Positions 1 to 9,164 of a stretch of DNA of 64,000 nucleotides are shown here, in pieces; positions within the stretch are counted from its first letter, which is position 1, and each line of letters opens with the position of its first letter. Position numbers and translations under genes: made by a program. The notes beneath the pieces were generated by a model. That model was not told where the DNA came from. It did not search any database and saw only the letters and a program-made list of their open reading frames with translations. Source of the DNA: Thermodesulfovibrionia bacterium. Lineage in GTDB: Bacteria; Nitrospirota; Thermodesulfovibrionia; UBA6902. The stretch is from NCBI GenBank assembly GCA_038918635.1, contig JBCKZY010000003.1:6073-70072 (forward strand), written 5' to 3'.

Positions 1-137
1 AATAAACTTGAGAACAGTGCCTGTAATGTGACACCTGATTTAAACAGGAACGATTAAGCTATCTTAACTTCCTTGATTATTCAGTTTTAAAGTGGACTAG
101 CCCGAAGCAAAGCTTCGAGAAATTCTTTTCTATTAAA

Positions 138-287
138 ATGCGGGAGAAAATATTCCTCAAAGGAGATCTAAATGAATACAATCTTCCTCAGATCCTTTTA
201 TTCTGTAACCGGTCACAGAAGACCGGGGAGCTTATCTTCCAAAGTGAAAATTCAAAAAATGCATTTATTATAATAATGGAAAGGTAA
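138..287 (+). pseudogene. N-terminal (DUF4388-like) fragment of a frameshifted DUF4388/J-domain protein; continues in the next frame as ORF 413-916
   Basis: ATG at 138 opens MREKIFLKGDLNEYNLPQILLFCNRSQKTGELIFQSENSKNAFIII, a typical DUF4388 start. This frame stops at TAA 285-287, while the neighbouring frame reads on (NGKVIFASSDQVSERLGDILL...) into the 413-916 ORF. Confidence 0.6.
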
Positions 288-412
288 TCTTTGCCTCATC
301 CGACCAGGTTTCTGAACGTCTCGGAGATATACTGCTTAACTCAGGGGAGTTATCTGATGAGCAGTATTCCAAAGAGGCAGAGGTCTCTGCAACTACGGGA
401 AAACGCAAGGGA

Positions 413-916
413 ATGGTCCTCGTTGAGGAAGGATATATCAAACCGGACAAACTTATCCCCGCCATCAATGACCAGGTTAAAGAGATAATCCTCAGTCTTT
501 TTGATTGGGAAGACGGCACATTTATATTTAAGGAATCTCCCCCTTCTGCCGAGGTTATTACAGCAAATACATCTTTAAAAGAGCTTGTCATAGAGGGAAT
601 AGAGAGGAGTAAAAAGAATAAAACAAGCGTTTCAAAAACATTTAGGGAGAGTTTATCCAGACTCTACGAAGAAATAGAGTCTCTGTCTCACTACGAGAGA
701 CTCGGGGTTCATATGGATTCCTCCTATCCCGAGATAAGAAGGGCTTATTTTGAAAAAGTAAAGTCCTATCATCCTGATAAATACAATTACCTGGCCGATC
801 CCATATTGAATGATAAACTTTCTACAGTGATCACTTTACTTAATGATTCTTATAACTTACTTAAGGATAAAGAAAGAAGGTCAAAATATAACAAGTCAAT
901 CTTGATGCACTCGTAA
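413..916 (+). CDS. J-domain (DnaJ-like) protein, C-terminal part of the frameshifted DUF4388/J-domain gene
   Basis: J-domain with HPD motif (YERLGVHMDSSYPEIRRAYFEKVKSYHPDKY). The open frame extends upstream to 248 without a start codon. The last codons and the TAA stop (914-916) lie inside the terminal inverted repeat of a MITE-like element. Confidence 0.75.
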   Translation: MVLVEEGYIKPDKLIPAINDQVKEIILSLFDWEDGTFIFKESPPSAEVITANTSLKELVIEGIERSKKNKTSVSKTFRESLSRLYEEIESLSHYERLGVHMDSSYPEIRRAYFEKVKSYHPDKYNYLADPILNDKLSTVITLLNDSYNLLKDKERRSKYNKSILMHS

Positions 917-1088
917 AAAGTCTTGTTTCCCCTCCCCTGTCGGAGCGACCCTTCGCGGAGACCCGCTTCGGGGTGGGAGGGGATTAAGGGGAGGGGGACA
1001 TAAGCATTTGAAGTAAAACCTTTTTCACCCTCACCCCAACCCTATCCCGTCAAGGGAGAGGGGGGGTTGGACTTTTTACGACGCCATC
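904..1088. mobile_element. MITE-like element, family A copy 1 (G-rich core, about 19-bp terminal inverted repeats)
   Basis: Left end GATGCACTCGTAAAAAGTC. The reverse complement of the right end is GATGGCGTCGTAAAAAGTC (16 of 19 match). The core is shared with 30790-31024 and, inverted, with 33066-33215. Confidence 0.7.
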
Positions 1089-1173
1089 TTTATTAACTAT
1101 AGTTTATCAGTGTCTTAATTTCTTAAGTCTGTGTAAGCTCGCCTCGCTTCGCCGAAGCGGGTCAGTGGCTAAT

Positions 1174-1593
1174 TTAAAGTAGTTCTTCAATTATCGACAC
1201 TGCATCTATAACATACTTTGGACACTGTCTTGAAATAATCTTTCCGGAATCCGGATTAGACCTTATATAAAAGCCCAGAAGATCCCTGCACTTTACTGAA
1301 TTATTGAGGGCCTCAAAGCTGTTGACAAACGCTTTTGCAACCTCATAAGTTTTTGCCTTTGCTGTTTTGTCATTAGCACTTATTACTCCATATTTCAGGC
1401 CTATTATCATTAAGGCGCCTGTCACCACACCACATGTCTCGCCCATCCTTCCTATTCCACCGCCGAATGCACCTGCAATCTTCAGGGCAATATCACGTTC
1501 AATGCCAAGATCTGTTCCGTACGCAGCCAAAATTGACTGCGAACAATTAAAACCTTCTTTAAAGAGTGCCTGTGCCATTTCAGATTTATTCAT
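1174..1593 (-). CDS. C_GCAxxG_C_C family protein
   Basis: The four conserved Cys positions of the family are present (FNCSQS, GETCGVVTGA, VKCRDLLG, QCPKYV). The likely start is MNKSEMAQ at 1593 rather than the ORF-track start at 1689. Confidence 0.75.
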   Translation of the reverse strand: MNKSEMAQALFKEGFNCSQSILAAYGTDLGIERDIALKIAGAFGGGIGRMGETCGVVTGALMIIGLKYGVISANDKTAKAKTYEVAKAFVNSFEALNNSVKCRDLLGFYIRSNPDSGKIISRQCPKYVIDAVSIIEELL

Positions 1594-1729
1594 ATTTTTA
1601 TGATAACCTCTACTGAGATATTTTTTTATAAAAGAGAAGGAAACAGGCAATAGTTTAAGGTAACAAAATAGTAATCCTTTAAATACCAAATAAACACCCG
1701 CCTGTTATCCTGTGCTAATATATCCTGCA

Positions 1730-2980
1730 ATGAAAAGAGTTGTGATTACAGGTATTGGAGCTGTAACCCCCCTCGGCAACAGCATTGAATCATCATGGAA
1801 AAATCTCATAAAGGGTCTCTCCGGGATAGATTTCATAACGCGATTTGACACATCTGATCTGCCATGCAGGATTGCAGGGGAATTGAAAGGCTTTTCTCCT
1901 GAAGATTACATCTCAAAAAAAGATATCCTGCGGCTTGATCCTTTCATACATTACGCTGCTGCTACTGCTATAATGGCTGCGGAAGATGCAGGTCTTATTT
2001 CTTTTCAATCATCAATCGTAGATAGTCAATTGTCACTTGATAGAGCAGGTATTATAATCGGCTCAAGCAGAGGCGGTTTGACAGGCATTGAGAAAGCTCT
2101 GGAGAGATACCTGATTGAAAACAGGCCTTTCTCAGCATACCTGATGCCATCAAGCACAATTAACATGGCAGCCTCATATATCTCCATTCTTCTGAAGACC
2201 AGAGGTCCTGCCATAGGAATTTCAACCGCATGCTCATCAGGAGCAAACGCTATAGGTATAGCATCAAAAATGATCCGTAACGGAGAGATCGATCTTGCAT
2301 TTGCCGGAGGGACTGAAGCCCCTTTATGCAAACTGGCCATTGGTGGCTACAGCGCTTCAGGCGCCCTGTCAGAAATGAATCATAAACCTGCTGAAGCAAG
2401 CAGGCCTTTTGATCGTGACAGGGACGGTTTTGTTATATCAGAAGGCGCTGGGACCCTTGTGCTTGAAGAAATGGAACATGCTGTCAAAAGAGGGGCAAAT
2501 ATTTACGCAGAACTGTCCGGATACGGGACCAGTTCCGATGCGTTTCATCTGACAAGACCCGACAGTGAAGGCGAGGCTATCGCGATAGAGATGGCGTTGA
2601 AAGACGCAAATGTATCCGCAGACGAAGTAGATTACATTAACCCTCATGCAACCTCTACCATTCTCGGGGATAAAGCAGAATCAGACGCTGTCAGGAACGT
2701 ATTTGGCGACAGGACACAGTATATCCAAGTCAGCTCATGCAAATCCATGTTAGGACATATGCTCGGAGCCGCGGGCGCGGTTGAAGCCGCTATTACCGCT
2801 CTGACAATAAAGAAAGGGTTGATAACCCCAACGATAAATCTTGAAAACCCTGATCCGGATTGCGGTCTGAACCATGTCACCTCTTCAACCTCAAAAAAGA
2901 TAAACATTGCCGTTTCAAATTCATTTGGCTTCGGAGGGGTTAACGCGGTCCTTGTCTTCAGGCTGTTTGACCCCTCGTAA
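1730..2980 (+). CDS. fabF: beta-ketoacyl-ACP synthase II
   Basis: KAS-II catalytic motifs ACSSG, NPHATST and GHMLGAAG. The likely start is MKRVVITGIGAVTPLG at 1730. The gene stands alone, not within a fab cluster. Confidence 0.9.
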   Translation: MKRVVITGIGAVTPLGNSIESSWKNLIKGLSGIDFITRFDTSDLPCRIAGELKGFSPEDYISKKDILRLDPFIHYAAATAIMAAEDAGLISFQSSIVDSQLSLDRAGIIIGSSRGGLTGIEKALERYLIENRPFSAYLMPSSTINMAASYISILLKTRGPAIGISTACSSGANAIGIASKMIRNGEIDLAFAGGTEAPLCKLAIGGYSASGALSEMNHKPAEASRPFDRDRDGFVISEGAGTLVLEEMEHAVKRGANIYAELSGYGTSSDAFHLTRPDSEGEAIAIEMALKDANVSADEVDYINPHATSTILGDKAESDAVRNVFGDRTQYIQVSSCKSMLGHMLGAAGAVEAAITALTIKKGLITPTINLENPDPDCGLNHVTSSTSKKINIAVSNSFGFGGVNAVLVFRLFDPS

Positions 2981-3060
2981 TAGTATATATATTAAGCCGC
3001 TCTTTAACCCGCCCCCAATGTAATCACAAAATGTGTTACAGGGCTAGTGACTCATAGCTT

Positions 3061-4266
3061 TCAATCTGAAAAAATCGACACCTTACCATAAACACCGTCA
3101 TAGCCCGGCACTATATCAACTCTGCCCTCCCTGACCTTGATAATCCCCTCCGCGACTCTTCTGTCAGCATATCTGTACAATTCATCTTCGGGAATATCAA
3201 TAAGAAATTCAAATTCTGTGTACATATCAACGAGTCTTTCATATTCCCTCTTTACCTTCAGTGTATTGACTCCCCTACCGTATGCGGCACTGATAATCTC
3301 CACAAGCGGCACCATATGTTTTACAGGTACGGCATCTTCAGGTATAAAACCTTCTTCCCTGTCAGCTAGTTGATTAACCCTGCTCATAACCCCAACGGTA
3401 ACTGGCTTTTTACAGGAAGGGCAAATACTATTATGTTTTATCGTCTCAACAGGTGAGAACAGAATGTTGCAGAGCCTGTGTCCATCATAGTGATACTTTC
3501 CCTCATCGGGGAAAAACTCTATTGTATTAAGGAATCTTCTTTTGTCTTTCTTCCTGATAGTATCCATAATATCAAAGTAGTCCATTTCACAGTCAAATAC
3601 ATTCGCCTCCCTTCCCAGTTTACCCGGAGAATGGGCGTCTGAATTGGATAATAAAGTAATTTTATCCAGCGCTGAAAGCCTCCAGTTCATAGCTGGGTCG
3701 GAAGAGAGCCCTGTCTCAATAGCATGTATATGCTCTGAATATTCCCCGAAGCATTCTTCAATCGAGTCAAACCCTGACTTACTGCCAAATAAAGAGAACC
3801 ACGGCGTCCATACATGAGCCGGCACAAAGAGACAGTCCGGGGACGCGTCAAGAACTATCTTTATCAAATCTTTTGAAGATAAACCAAGAATCGGCCTTCC
3901 ATCGGACTTCAGGTTTCCCAGCCTGCCAAGTACCCTGTTAATCTTTTCAACAGCCTTAAAGCCCGGCGCCATTATCAGATTGTGGACCCTTCTGCCCCTT
4001 CCTCCCTGTGTATAGATACTGCTTATCTCAGCAGTAAGCATAAAATTCACCGACGGCTCTTCCTTAGCGGCAAAGAGTCCATTACCCAGAGGGTTTAATA
4101 CTGACTTCAATTCTTTAAAATAAGCCGGATGGGTGAAGTCCCCTGTTCCCAGAAGATTAATACCCTTCTTCCTTGCACAAACTGACATGGCATGGATATT
4201 CATCTCCCTGCTTGTAGCACGGCTGAAGTGAGAGTGAACGTGAAGATCCGCGATAATTCTACCCAT
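3061..4266 (-). CDS. endonuclease Q-like PHP-domain nuclease
   Basis: Colinear EndoQ hallmarks: DLHVHSHFS, GTGD, RVHNLIM, PAHVWTPW, LSNSDAHSP..LGRE, GKYHYDGH, zinc ribbon CPSCKKP, and C-terminal PGYDGVYG. Confidence 0.8.
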   Translation of the reverse strand: MGRIIADLHVHSHFSRATSREMNIHAMSVCARKKGINLLGTGDFTHPAYFKELKSVLNPLGNGLFAAKEEPSVNFMLTAEISSIYTQGGRGRRVHNLIMAPGFKAVEKINRVLGRLGNLKSDGRPILGLSSKDLIKIVLDASPDCLFVPAHVWTPWFSLFGSKSGFDSIEECFGEYSEHIHAIETGLSSDPAMNWRLSALDKITLLSNSDAHSPGKLGREANVFDCEMDYFDIMDTIRKKDKRRFLNTIEFFPDEGKYHYDGHRLCNILFSPVETIKHNSICPSCKKPVTVGVMSRVNQLADREEGFIPEDAVPVKHMVPLVEIISAAYGRGVNTLKVKREYERLVDMYTEFEFLIDIPEDELYRYADRRVAEGIIKVREGRVDIVPGYDGVYGKVSIFSD

Positions 4267-4353
4267 CTGTTTTAAAGTTTCCCATTGCTATTGCAGATTG
4301 CTGGAGAGGTTTGCAGGAGACCGTTTTAAAGCGGTCCAGGGATTTCGATACAG

Positions 4354-5742
4354 TCAGCTGTCAATCCTGTATTCTTTAATCTTTGTAAGTATAGTCTTGT
4401 AACTTACTTTAAGTAATTCAGCAGCCCTGCTCTTGTTCCCCCCGGTATCTTCAAGAGCCTTCTTGATCCTCCTGGACTCCACTATCCTAAGAGCAGCTTT
4501 TGCAGCCTCATCGAGTGTCCCGTCCAGAGGTATATTCCCTAGTGACGGATCTATATAACCGGCCGGATTCAACCCTAGCCCCTTAAGTGTTATCATATCT
4601 TTTTCACATAAAATTAATGCCCTCTCTATTACATTCTCCAGCTCCCTGACATTTCCCTTCCATGAGTATCTCTTCAGCATTTCCATCGCCTCCGGTTTAA
4701 CCCCTTTCGGAGGCATATTCATCTCCACAGAATATTTATGTATAAAATGATCGACAAGCGCCGGGATATCCTCTCCTCTCTCCCTCAGATTAGGGATGCG
4801 TAAAGGAAAGACATTCAACCTGTAGTATAGGTCCTCTCTGAAAGAACCTTCAGAGACAGCGTTCTCAAGATCCCTGTTGCTTGCAGCGATTATTCTAAGA
4901 TTTGTATTAACAGTCCTGGTGCCGCCTACCCTTTCAATCTCTCCTTCCTGTATCGCCCTCAACACCTTTGACTGCAGGGCTATATCCATTTCACCTATCT
5001 CATCTAAAAATATCGTGCCCCTGCTGGCAAGTTCAAATTTCCCCAGCTTCAGATTAGACGCCCCGGTAAACGCACCTTTTTCATGACCAAAAAGCTCGGA
5101 CTCAAGAAGCTCCTTTGGTATTGCGGCACAATTAATCGGAACAAAGGGTTCATCTTTTCTCGGACTTATAAAGTGTATCGCCCTCGCAAAGAGTTCCTTG
5201 CCTGTACCTGACTCTCCAAGCAGCAGAACCGTTGACTTTGTTGGAGCGACCTTCCGTATTTTCTCCGCAACCTCAAGCATCACGGGGCTCTTGCCTATTA
5301 TCTTAGGCATGCCAAGTTGATGTGATAATTCTCCTTTCAGTAACAGGTTTTCGGTAATAAGTTTCCTGTTTTTGAGAGATCTCTTCAAAATTATGTACAG
5401 TCGGTCTATATCAATAGGTTTTGTAATAAAATCATAGGCCCCCGACTTCATGGCTTTGACCGCGGTCTCAATTGAGCCGAAGGCCGTCATAACAATTACC
5501 GGTACCAACGGGTTCTCCTCTTTTGATGCCTTAAGAACTTCAAGGCCGTTCTTCTTTGGTAACTTGAGATCTGTTAATACCGCGTCTACCTTAAACTGAT
5601 TGATTTTACTTATACCTTCTGCCCCGTCCCCGGCTGTTATGACTTCGTAACCTTCCAGTTCAAGCGTCTCTCTCAGCATCTGAGCCATTGAAGCTTTGTC
5701 TTCAACTACAAGTATAATTCCCTTAGTACCCAATTTATCCAT
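4354..5742 (-). CDS. sigma-54-dependent response regulator (NtrC family), orphan
   Basis: REC domain, an AAA+ sigma-54 interaction module (GESGTGKE, ESELFGHEKGAFTGA) and a C-terminal Fis-type HTH. No cognate kinase is adjacent. Confidence 0.9.
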   Translation of the reverse strand: MDKLGTKGIILVVEDKASMAQMLRETLELEGYEVITAGDGAEGISKINQFKVDAVLTDLKLPKKNGLEVLKASKEENPLVPVIVMTAFGSIETAVKAMKSGAYDFITKPIDIDRLYIILKRSLKNRKLITENLLLKGELSHQLGMPKIIGKSPVMLEVAEKIRKVAPTKSTVLLLGESGTGKELFARAIHFISPRKDEPFVPINCAAIPKELLESELFGHEKGAFTGASNLKLGKFELASRGTIFLDEIGEMDIALQSKVLRAIQEGEIERVGGTRTVNTNLRIIAASNRDLENAVSEGSFREDLYYRLNVFPLRIPNLRERGEDIPALVDHFIHKYSVEMNMPPKGVKPEAMEMLKRYSWKGNVRELENVIERALILCEKDMITLKGLGLNPAGYIDPSLGNIPLDGTLDEAAKAALRIVESRRIKKALEDTGGNKSRAAELLKVSYKTILTKIKEYRIDS

Positions 5743-5776
5743 ATATCCCGATTATCTCCTGATGCTGGACTTTTTA

Positions 5777-5843
5777 GACAGGATTAACAGGATCTTCAGG
5801 AAACTTAAAAAGAAAAAATCTTCTGTATCCTGTTAATCCTGTC
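5777..5843. repeat. perfect 17-bp inverted repeat hairpin (GACAGGATTAACAGGAT / ATCCTGTTAATCCTGTC, 33-nt loop)
   Basis: Read directly from the sequence. It lies in the divergent or leader region upstream of the sigma-54 regulator gene. Confidence 0.8.
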
Positions 5844-5896
5844 AGAGAAGTCTTTATTTTGTTATTCGTGTTAATTCATGGCTCAAAACTAAAAAA

Positions 5897-6045
5897 ATGC
5901 ACTCGTAAAAAATCATGGGATGGCTAAGTAAAAATTTCGATATACAAGGCGTAATGTATTTTTAAAGCCGAGACTATACATATAGTATGTCGAGGTTTTC
6001 AAAATACGCTGCAACGCAGTAGATCGGACTTTTTACGACGCCATC
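5897..6045. mobile_element. MITE-like element, family B copy 1
   Basis: About 135 bp, nearly identical to 23671-23820 and 31483-31631. The ends carry the same CTCGTAAAAA...GGACTTTTTACGACGCCATC motifs as family A. The right end overlaps the gatB stop codon. Confidence 0.8.
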
Positions 6046-7516
6046 AAACAAGTTTTTTCCTCAACAGTTCATTAATAATTTTGGGGTTTGCCTTGCCTTT
6101 TGTAGACTTCATCACCTGCCCTACAAAAAACCCGATCAGTTTCTCTTCTCCAGCCCGAAACTTATCAACTGCTTCAGAGTTCTTCATCAGCACATCATCC
6201 ACAATTGTTTCAATCGCCTCTTCATCACTTATCTGGAGCAGGCCCTTCTCCTCTACGATTGCATAGGCGGTAATTTCCGGCATGGGCATAGTAACATCTA
6301 CTTTAGCTACCATCTCTCTGCTTCTTTTATACATCTCCTCAAAGACGGTCTTTGCCTGTTTTATATTTATAGTTCCTTTCTCTATAGTATTAAGTAAATC
6401 GATCAAATGTGAAGGCTTAAGATTACAATTATCAATGGTAATACCGTCCTCATTAAGAAGCCTCATAAGTTCGCCCATTATCCAGTTGGCAACGGTCTTC
6501 GGATTCCCCCCCAGTTTAACAGACTCCTCAAACCATTCGGCAGTTGATCTATCAGCCACAAGAAAATCGGCGTCGCTCTCAGGGAGTTTATATGTATGGA
6601 TAAACCTTGCCTTCTTCACATCAGGCAACTCAGCTATATTCTCTTTTATTTCGTTAATCCATAACTCATCAACCGTCACAGGCACAAGATCAGGCTCAGG
6701 GAAGTACCTGTAATCATGAGACTCCTCCTTTGATCGCATGGACATGGTAATCCCCTTCTCCGTATTCCACAGCCTTGACTCCTGTATAATCCTCTCGCCC
6801 TCTTTTATAACCTTTATCTGTCGTCTTATCTCGTAATCAAGGGCCTTCTCAACAAATTTAAAAGAATTAAGATTCTTTATCTCGGTCTTTACCCCCAACT
6901 CCTTATCTCCAGCCGGCCTGACAGAGATATTAGCGTCGCATCTTAGAGCGCCCTGCTCCATATTCCCTCCACATACACCTATATAACGGACGATAGCGCG
7001 TAATCTTTTCATGAATTCCACGGCCTCTACCGGGCTTTTTATTTCAGGTTCGGTAACGATCTCCATCAAAGGTATCCCCGCCCTGTTAAGGTCCACCAGG
7101 CTGGTATTTCCAGAACCTTCATGAATATTCTTACCGGCATCTTCCTCAAGGTGTATTCTGGTAAGGCATATCTCTCTTTGATCGCCGTTGACATTTATCT
7201 CAACAAAACCGCCTTCACATAGAGGAAGTTCAAACTGGCTTATCTGGTATCCTTTTGGAAGGTCGGGGTAGAAATAGTTCTTTCTTGCAAACCTGCTGTA
7301 ACGAGAGACCGCGCAATTCAGCGCTATACCGGTCTTTATTACATACTCTATTGCCTTCCTGTTCATAACAGGCAGCACGCCGGGCATACCGGAACATACG
7401 GGACAGATCTGTGTGTTTGGCTCTGAACCAAATCTTGTAGAGCATCCACAGAAAATCTTGGTTTCTGTTAAGAGCTGTGCGTGTATCTCAAGCCCTATTA
7501 CCGCTTCGTATGACAT
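6044..7516 (-). CDS. gatB: Asp/Glu-tRNA amidotransferase subunit B
   Basis: Full-length colinearity with GatB (MSYEAVIGLEIHAQL start, 490 aa, C-terminal YqeY-like tail). Confidence 0.95.
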   Translation of the reverse strand: MSYEAVIGLEIHAQLLTETKIFCGCSTRFGSEPNTQICPVCSGMPGVLPVMNRKAIEYVIKTGIALNCAVSRYSRFARKNYFYPDLPKGYQISQFELPLCEGGFVEINVNGDQREICLTRIHLEEDAGKNIHEGSGNTSLVDLNRAGIPLMEIVTEPEIKSPVEAVEFMKRLRAIVRYIGVCGGNMEQGALRCDANISVRPAGDKELGVKTEIKNLNSFKFVEKALDYEIRRQIKVIKEGERIIQESRLWNTEKGITMSMRSKEESHDYRYFPEPDLVPVTVDELWINEIKENIAELPDVKKARFIHTYKLPESDADFLVADRSTAEWFEESVKLGGNPKTVANWIMGELMRLLNEDGITIDNCNLKPSHLIDLLNTIEKGTINIKQAKTVFEEMYKRSREMVAKVDVTMPMPEITAYAIVEEKGLLQISDEEAIETIVDDVLMKNSEAVDKFRAGEEKLIGFFVGQVMKSTKGKANPKIINELLRKKLV

Positions 7517-7537
7517 TAAATCTCCCCTACTACCTTA

Positions 7538-7599
7538 TTAGCCTCTGACCTGCCGGCCCGCTTCGCCGAATCGATGCGAGCAGGCAGGTCAGTGGCTAT
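7538..7599. repeat. TAGCC...GTGGCTA hairpin element between gatA and gatB
   Basis: TTAGCCTCTGACCTGCCGGCC ... GCAGGCAGGTCAGTGGCTA. The arms are complementary. Its minus-strand TAG (complement of 7596-7598) is the stop of the restored gatA frame. Confidence 0.7.
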
Positions 7600-7775
7600 A
7601 AAACCGGTTTATTCCTGTGCCAGTCAGTGTTCTGCTCATACGCGTAAGCAGCTCTAAGAACTGATCCCTCGTCAAAATGATTACCAATTATCTGAAGCCC
7701 TACCGGAAGGCCGCCTGATGTTAAACCGCAAGGCAGCGAAATAGCCGGCACGCCAGCAAGATTCACAGAAATCGT
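7596..7775 (-). pseudogene. gatA: C-terminal 59 codons of gatA, displaced by a 1-nt frameshift
   Basis: The alternative frame reads [59 protein letters not shown], the canonical GatA C-terminus. A fifth T in the T4 run (A4 at 7776-7779 on the plus strand) would join it to the 7763-9049 ORF. Confidence 0.8.
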
Positions 7776-9049
7776 AAAATATCTGAAAGATACATCTGTA
7801 AAGGGTCTTCTGTCTTCTCCCCTGCCCTGAATGCTGTTGTCGGTGTTGTAGGTGTAACTATAACGTCAACTTTCTCATACGCCTTCTGAAAATCCCGCTT
7901 TATCAGTGTTCTGACCTGTTGAGCCTTCCTGTAGTAAGCATCATAGTATCCTGACGACAGTGCGTAAGTCCCGAGGATTATTCTCCTCTTTACCTCAGCG
8001 CCAAAACCTTCAGCCCTTGTTCTCATATACATATCCAGCAGGTCTGTTCCTTTCGTTCTAAGCCCGTACCTCACCCCGTCATACCTTGCAAGATTAGCTG
8101 ATGCCTCAGAAGTAGCGAGCACATAATAGGTCGCAACCGCGTAACCCGTATGCGGCAGTGATATCTCTACAGGTATGGCGCCCAGTGATTCAAGCATCTT
8201 TATCGCCTCTTTTACAGATTCCTCCACCTCTCTCTCCATGCCTTCGATAAAATATTCCCTGGGGAAACCGACCTTCATCCCTTTTATATCCTGACCCAGA
8301 AGAGACGTGAAGTCCGGGACCTCCTTTGAGACAGATGTTGAATCAAGTTGGTCATGTCCGCAGATTACATTTAAAAGTATCGCGGAATCCTCCACGTTTT
8401 TAGTAATAGTTCCAATCTGATCAAGGGAAGAGGCAAAAGCAACAAGGCCATAGCGGGAAACCATACCGTATGTCGGTTTAAATCCCACCACTCCGCAAAA
8501 CGCCGCGGGCTGTCTGATGGAGCCGCCTGTGTCAGATCCCAGAGCGGCGATACACTCGTCCGCTGCAACAGCTGCGGCTGAACCCCCGCTTGAACCGCCT
8601 GGCACTCTACTTCTGTCCCACGGGTTTTTTGTATGTCCAAAGGCTGAGTTTTCTGTTGAGGATCCCATGGCAAATTCATCAAGGTTTGTTTTGCCTATAA
8701 GAATATATCCCTCATTCTTCAGCCTTTGAGTTGCCGTGCTTTCATATGGGGGGATAAAGTTTTCAAGCATTCTTGATGAACATGTTGTTCTGATCCCCTC
8801 GGTACAGATGTTATCTTTTACCGCTATAGGAATGCCGTTAAATGATCGCTTTACGCCATTTTTTATGCTCTTTTCCGCCTGCTTTGCCTGTTCAACCGCG
8901 TCATCCATGTTAACAGTAATATATGCGCCGACCTCCCCTTCAACAGCATCTATCCTTCCGAGCACAGCTTTTACAAGCTCTACAGGACTGACGTCACCTC
9001 TATCAATAGCTGAGCGGGCTTCCTTTATAGTCTGGCTGTAAATTTCCAA
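7763..9049 (-). CDS. gatA: Asp/Glu-tRNA amidotransferase subunit A (truncated by a frameshift; intact gene would span 7596-9049)
   Basis: Amidase signature [12 protein letters not shown] and colinear GatA sequence up to [10 protein letters not shown], followed by a premature stop after 4 foreign residues. Confidence 0.9.
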   Translation of the reverse strand: MEIYSQTIKEARSAIDRGDVSPVELVKAVLGRIDAVEGEVGAYITVNMDDAVEQAKQAEKSIKNGVKRSFNGIPIAVKDNICTEGIRTTCSSRMLENFIPPYESTATQRLKNEGYILIGKTNLDEFAMGSSTENSAFGHTKNPWDRSRVPGGSSGGSAAAVAADECIAALGSDTGGSIRQPAAFCGVVGFKPTYGMVSRYGLVAFASSLDQIGTITKNVEDSAILLNVICGHDQLDSTSVSKEVPDFTSLLGQDIKGMKVGFPREYFIEGMEREVEESVKEAIKMLESLGAIPVEISLPHTGYAVATYYVLATSEASANLARYDGVRYGLRTKGTDLLDMYMRTRAEGFGAEVKRRIILGTYALSSGYYDAYYRKAQQVRTLIKRDFQKAYEKVDVIVTPTTPTTAFRAGEKTEDPLQMYLSDILRFL

Positions 9050-9164
9050 TCAACCTCCATAATCAGACCGGTAATTATTATTCTCTCTTTCATGTTCTAG
9101 CTGTTTATATTAAACCTCTGTGCCTGTGCAACTTTGTGCCTTTGAATTTTTCTGTATCTCACTG

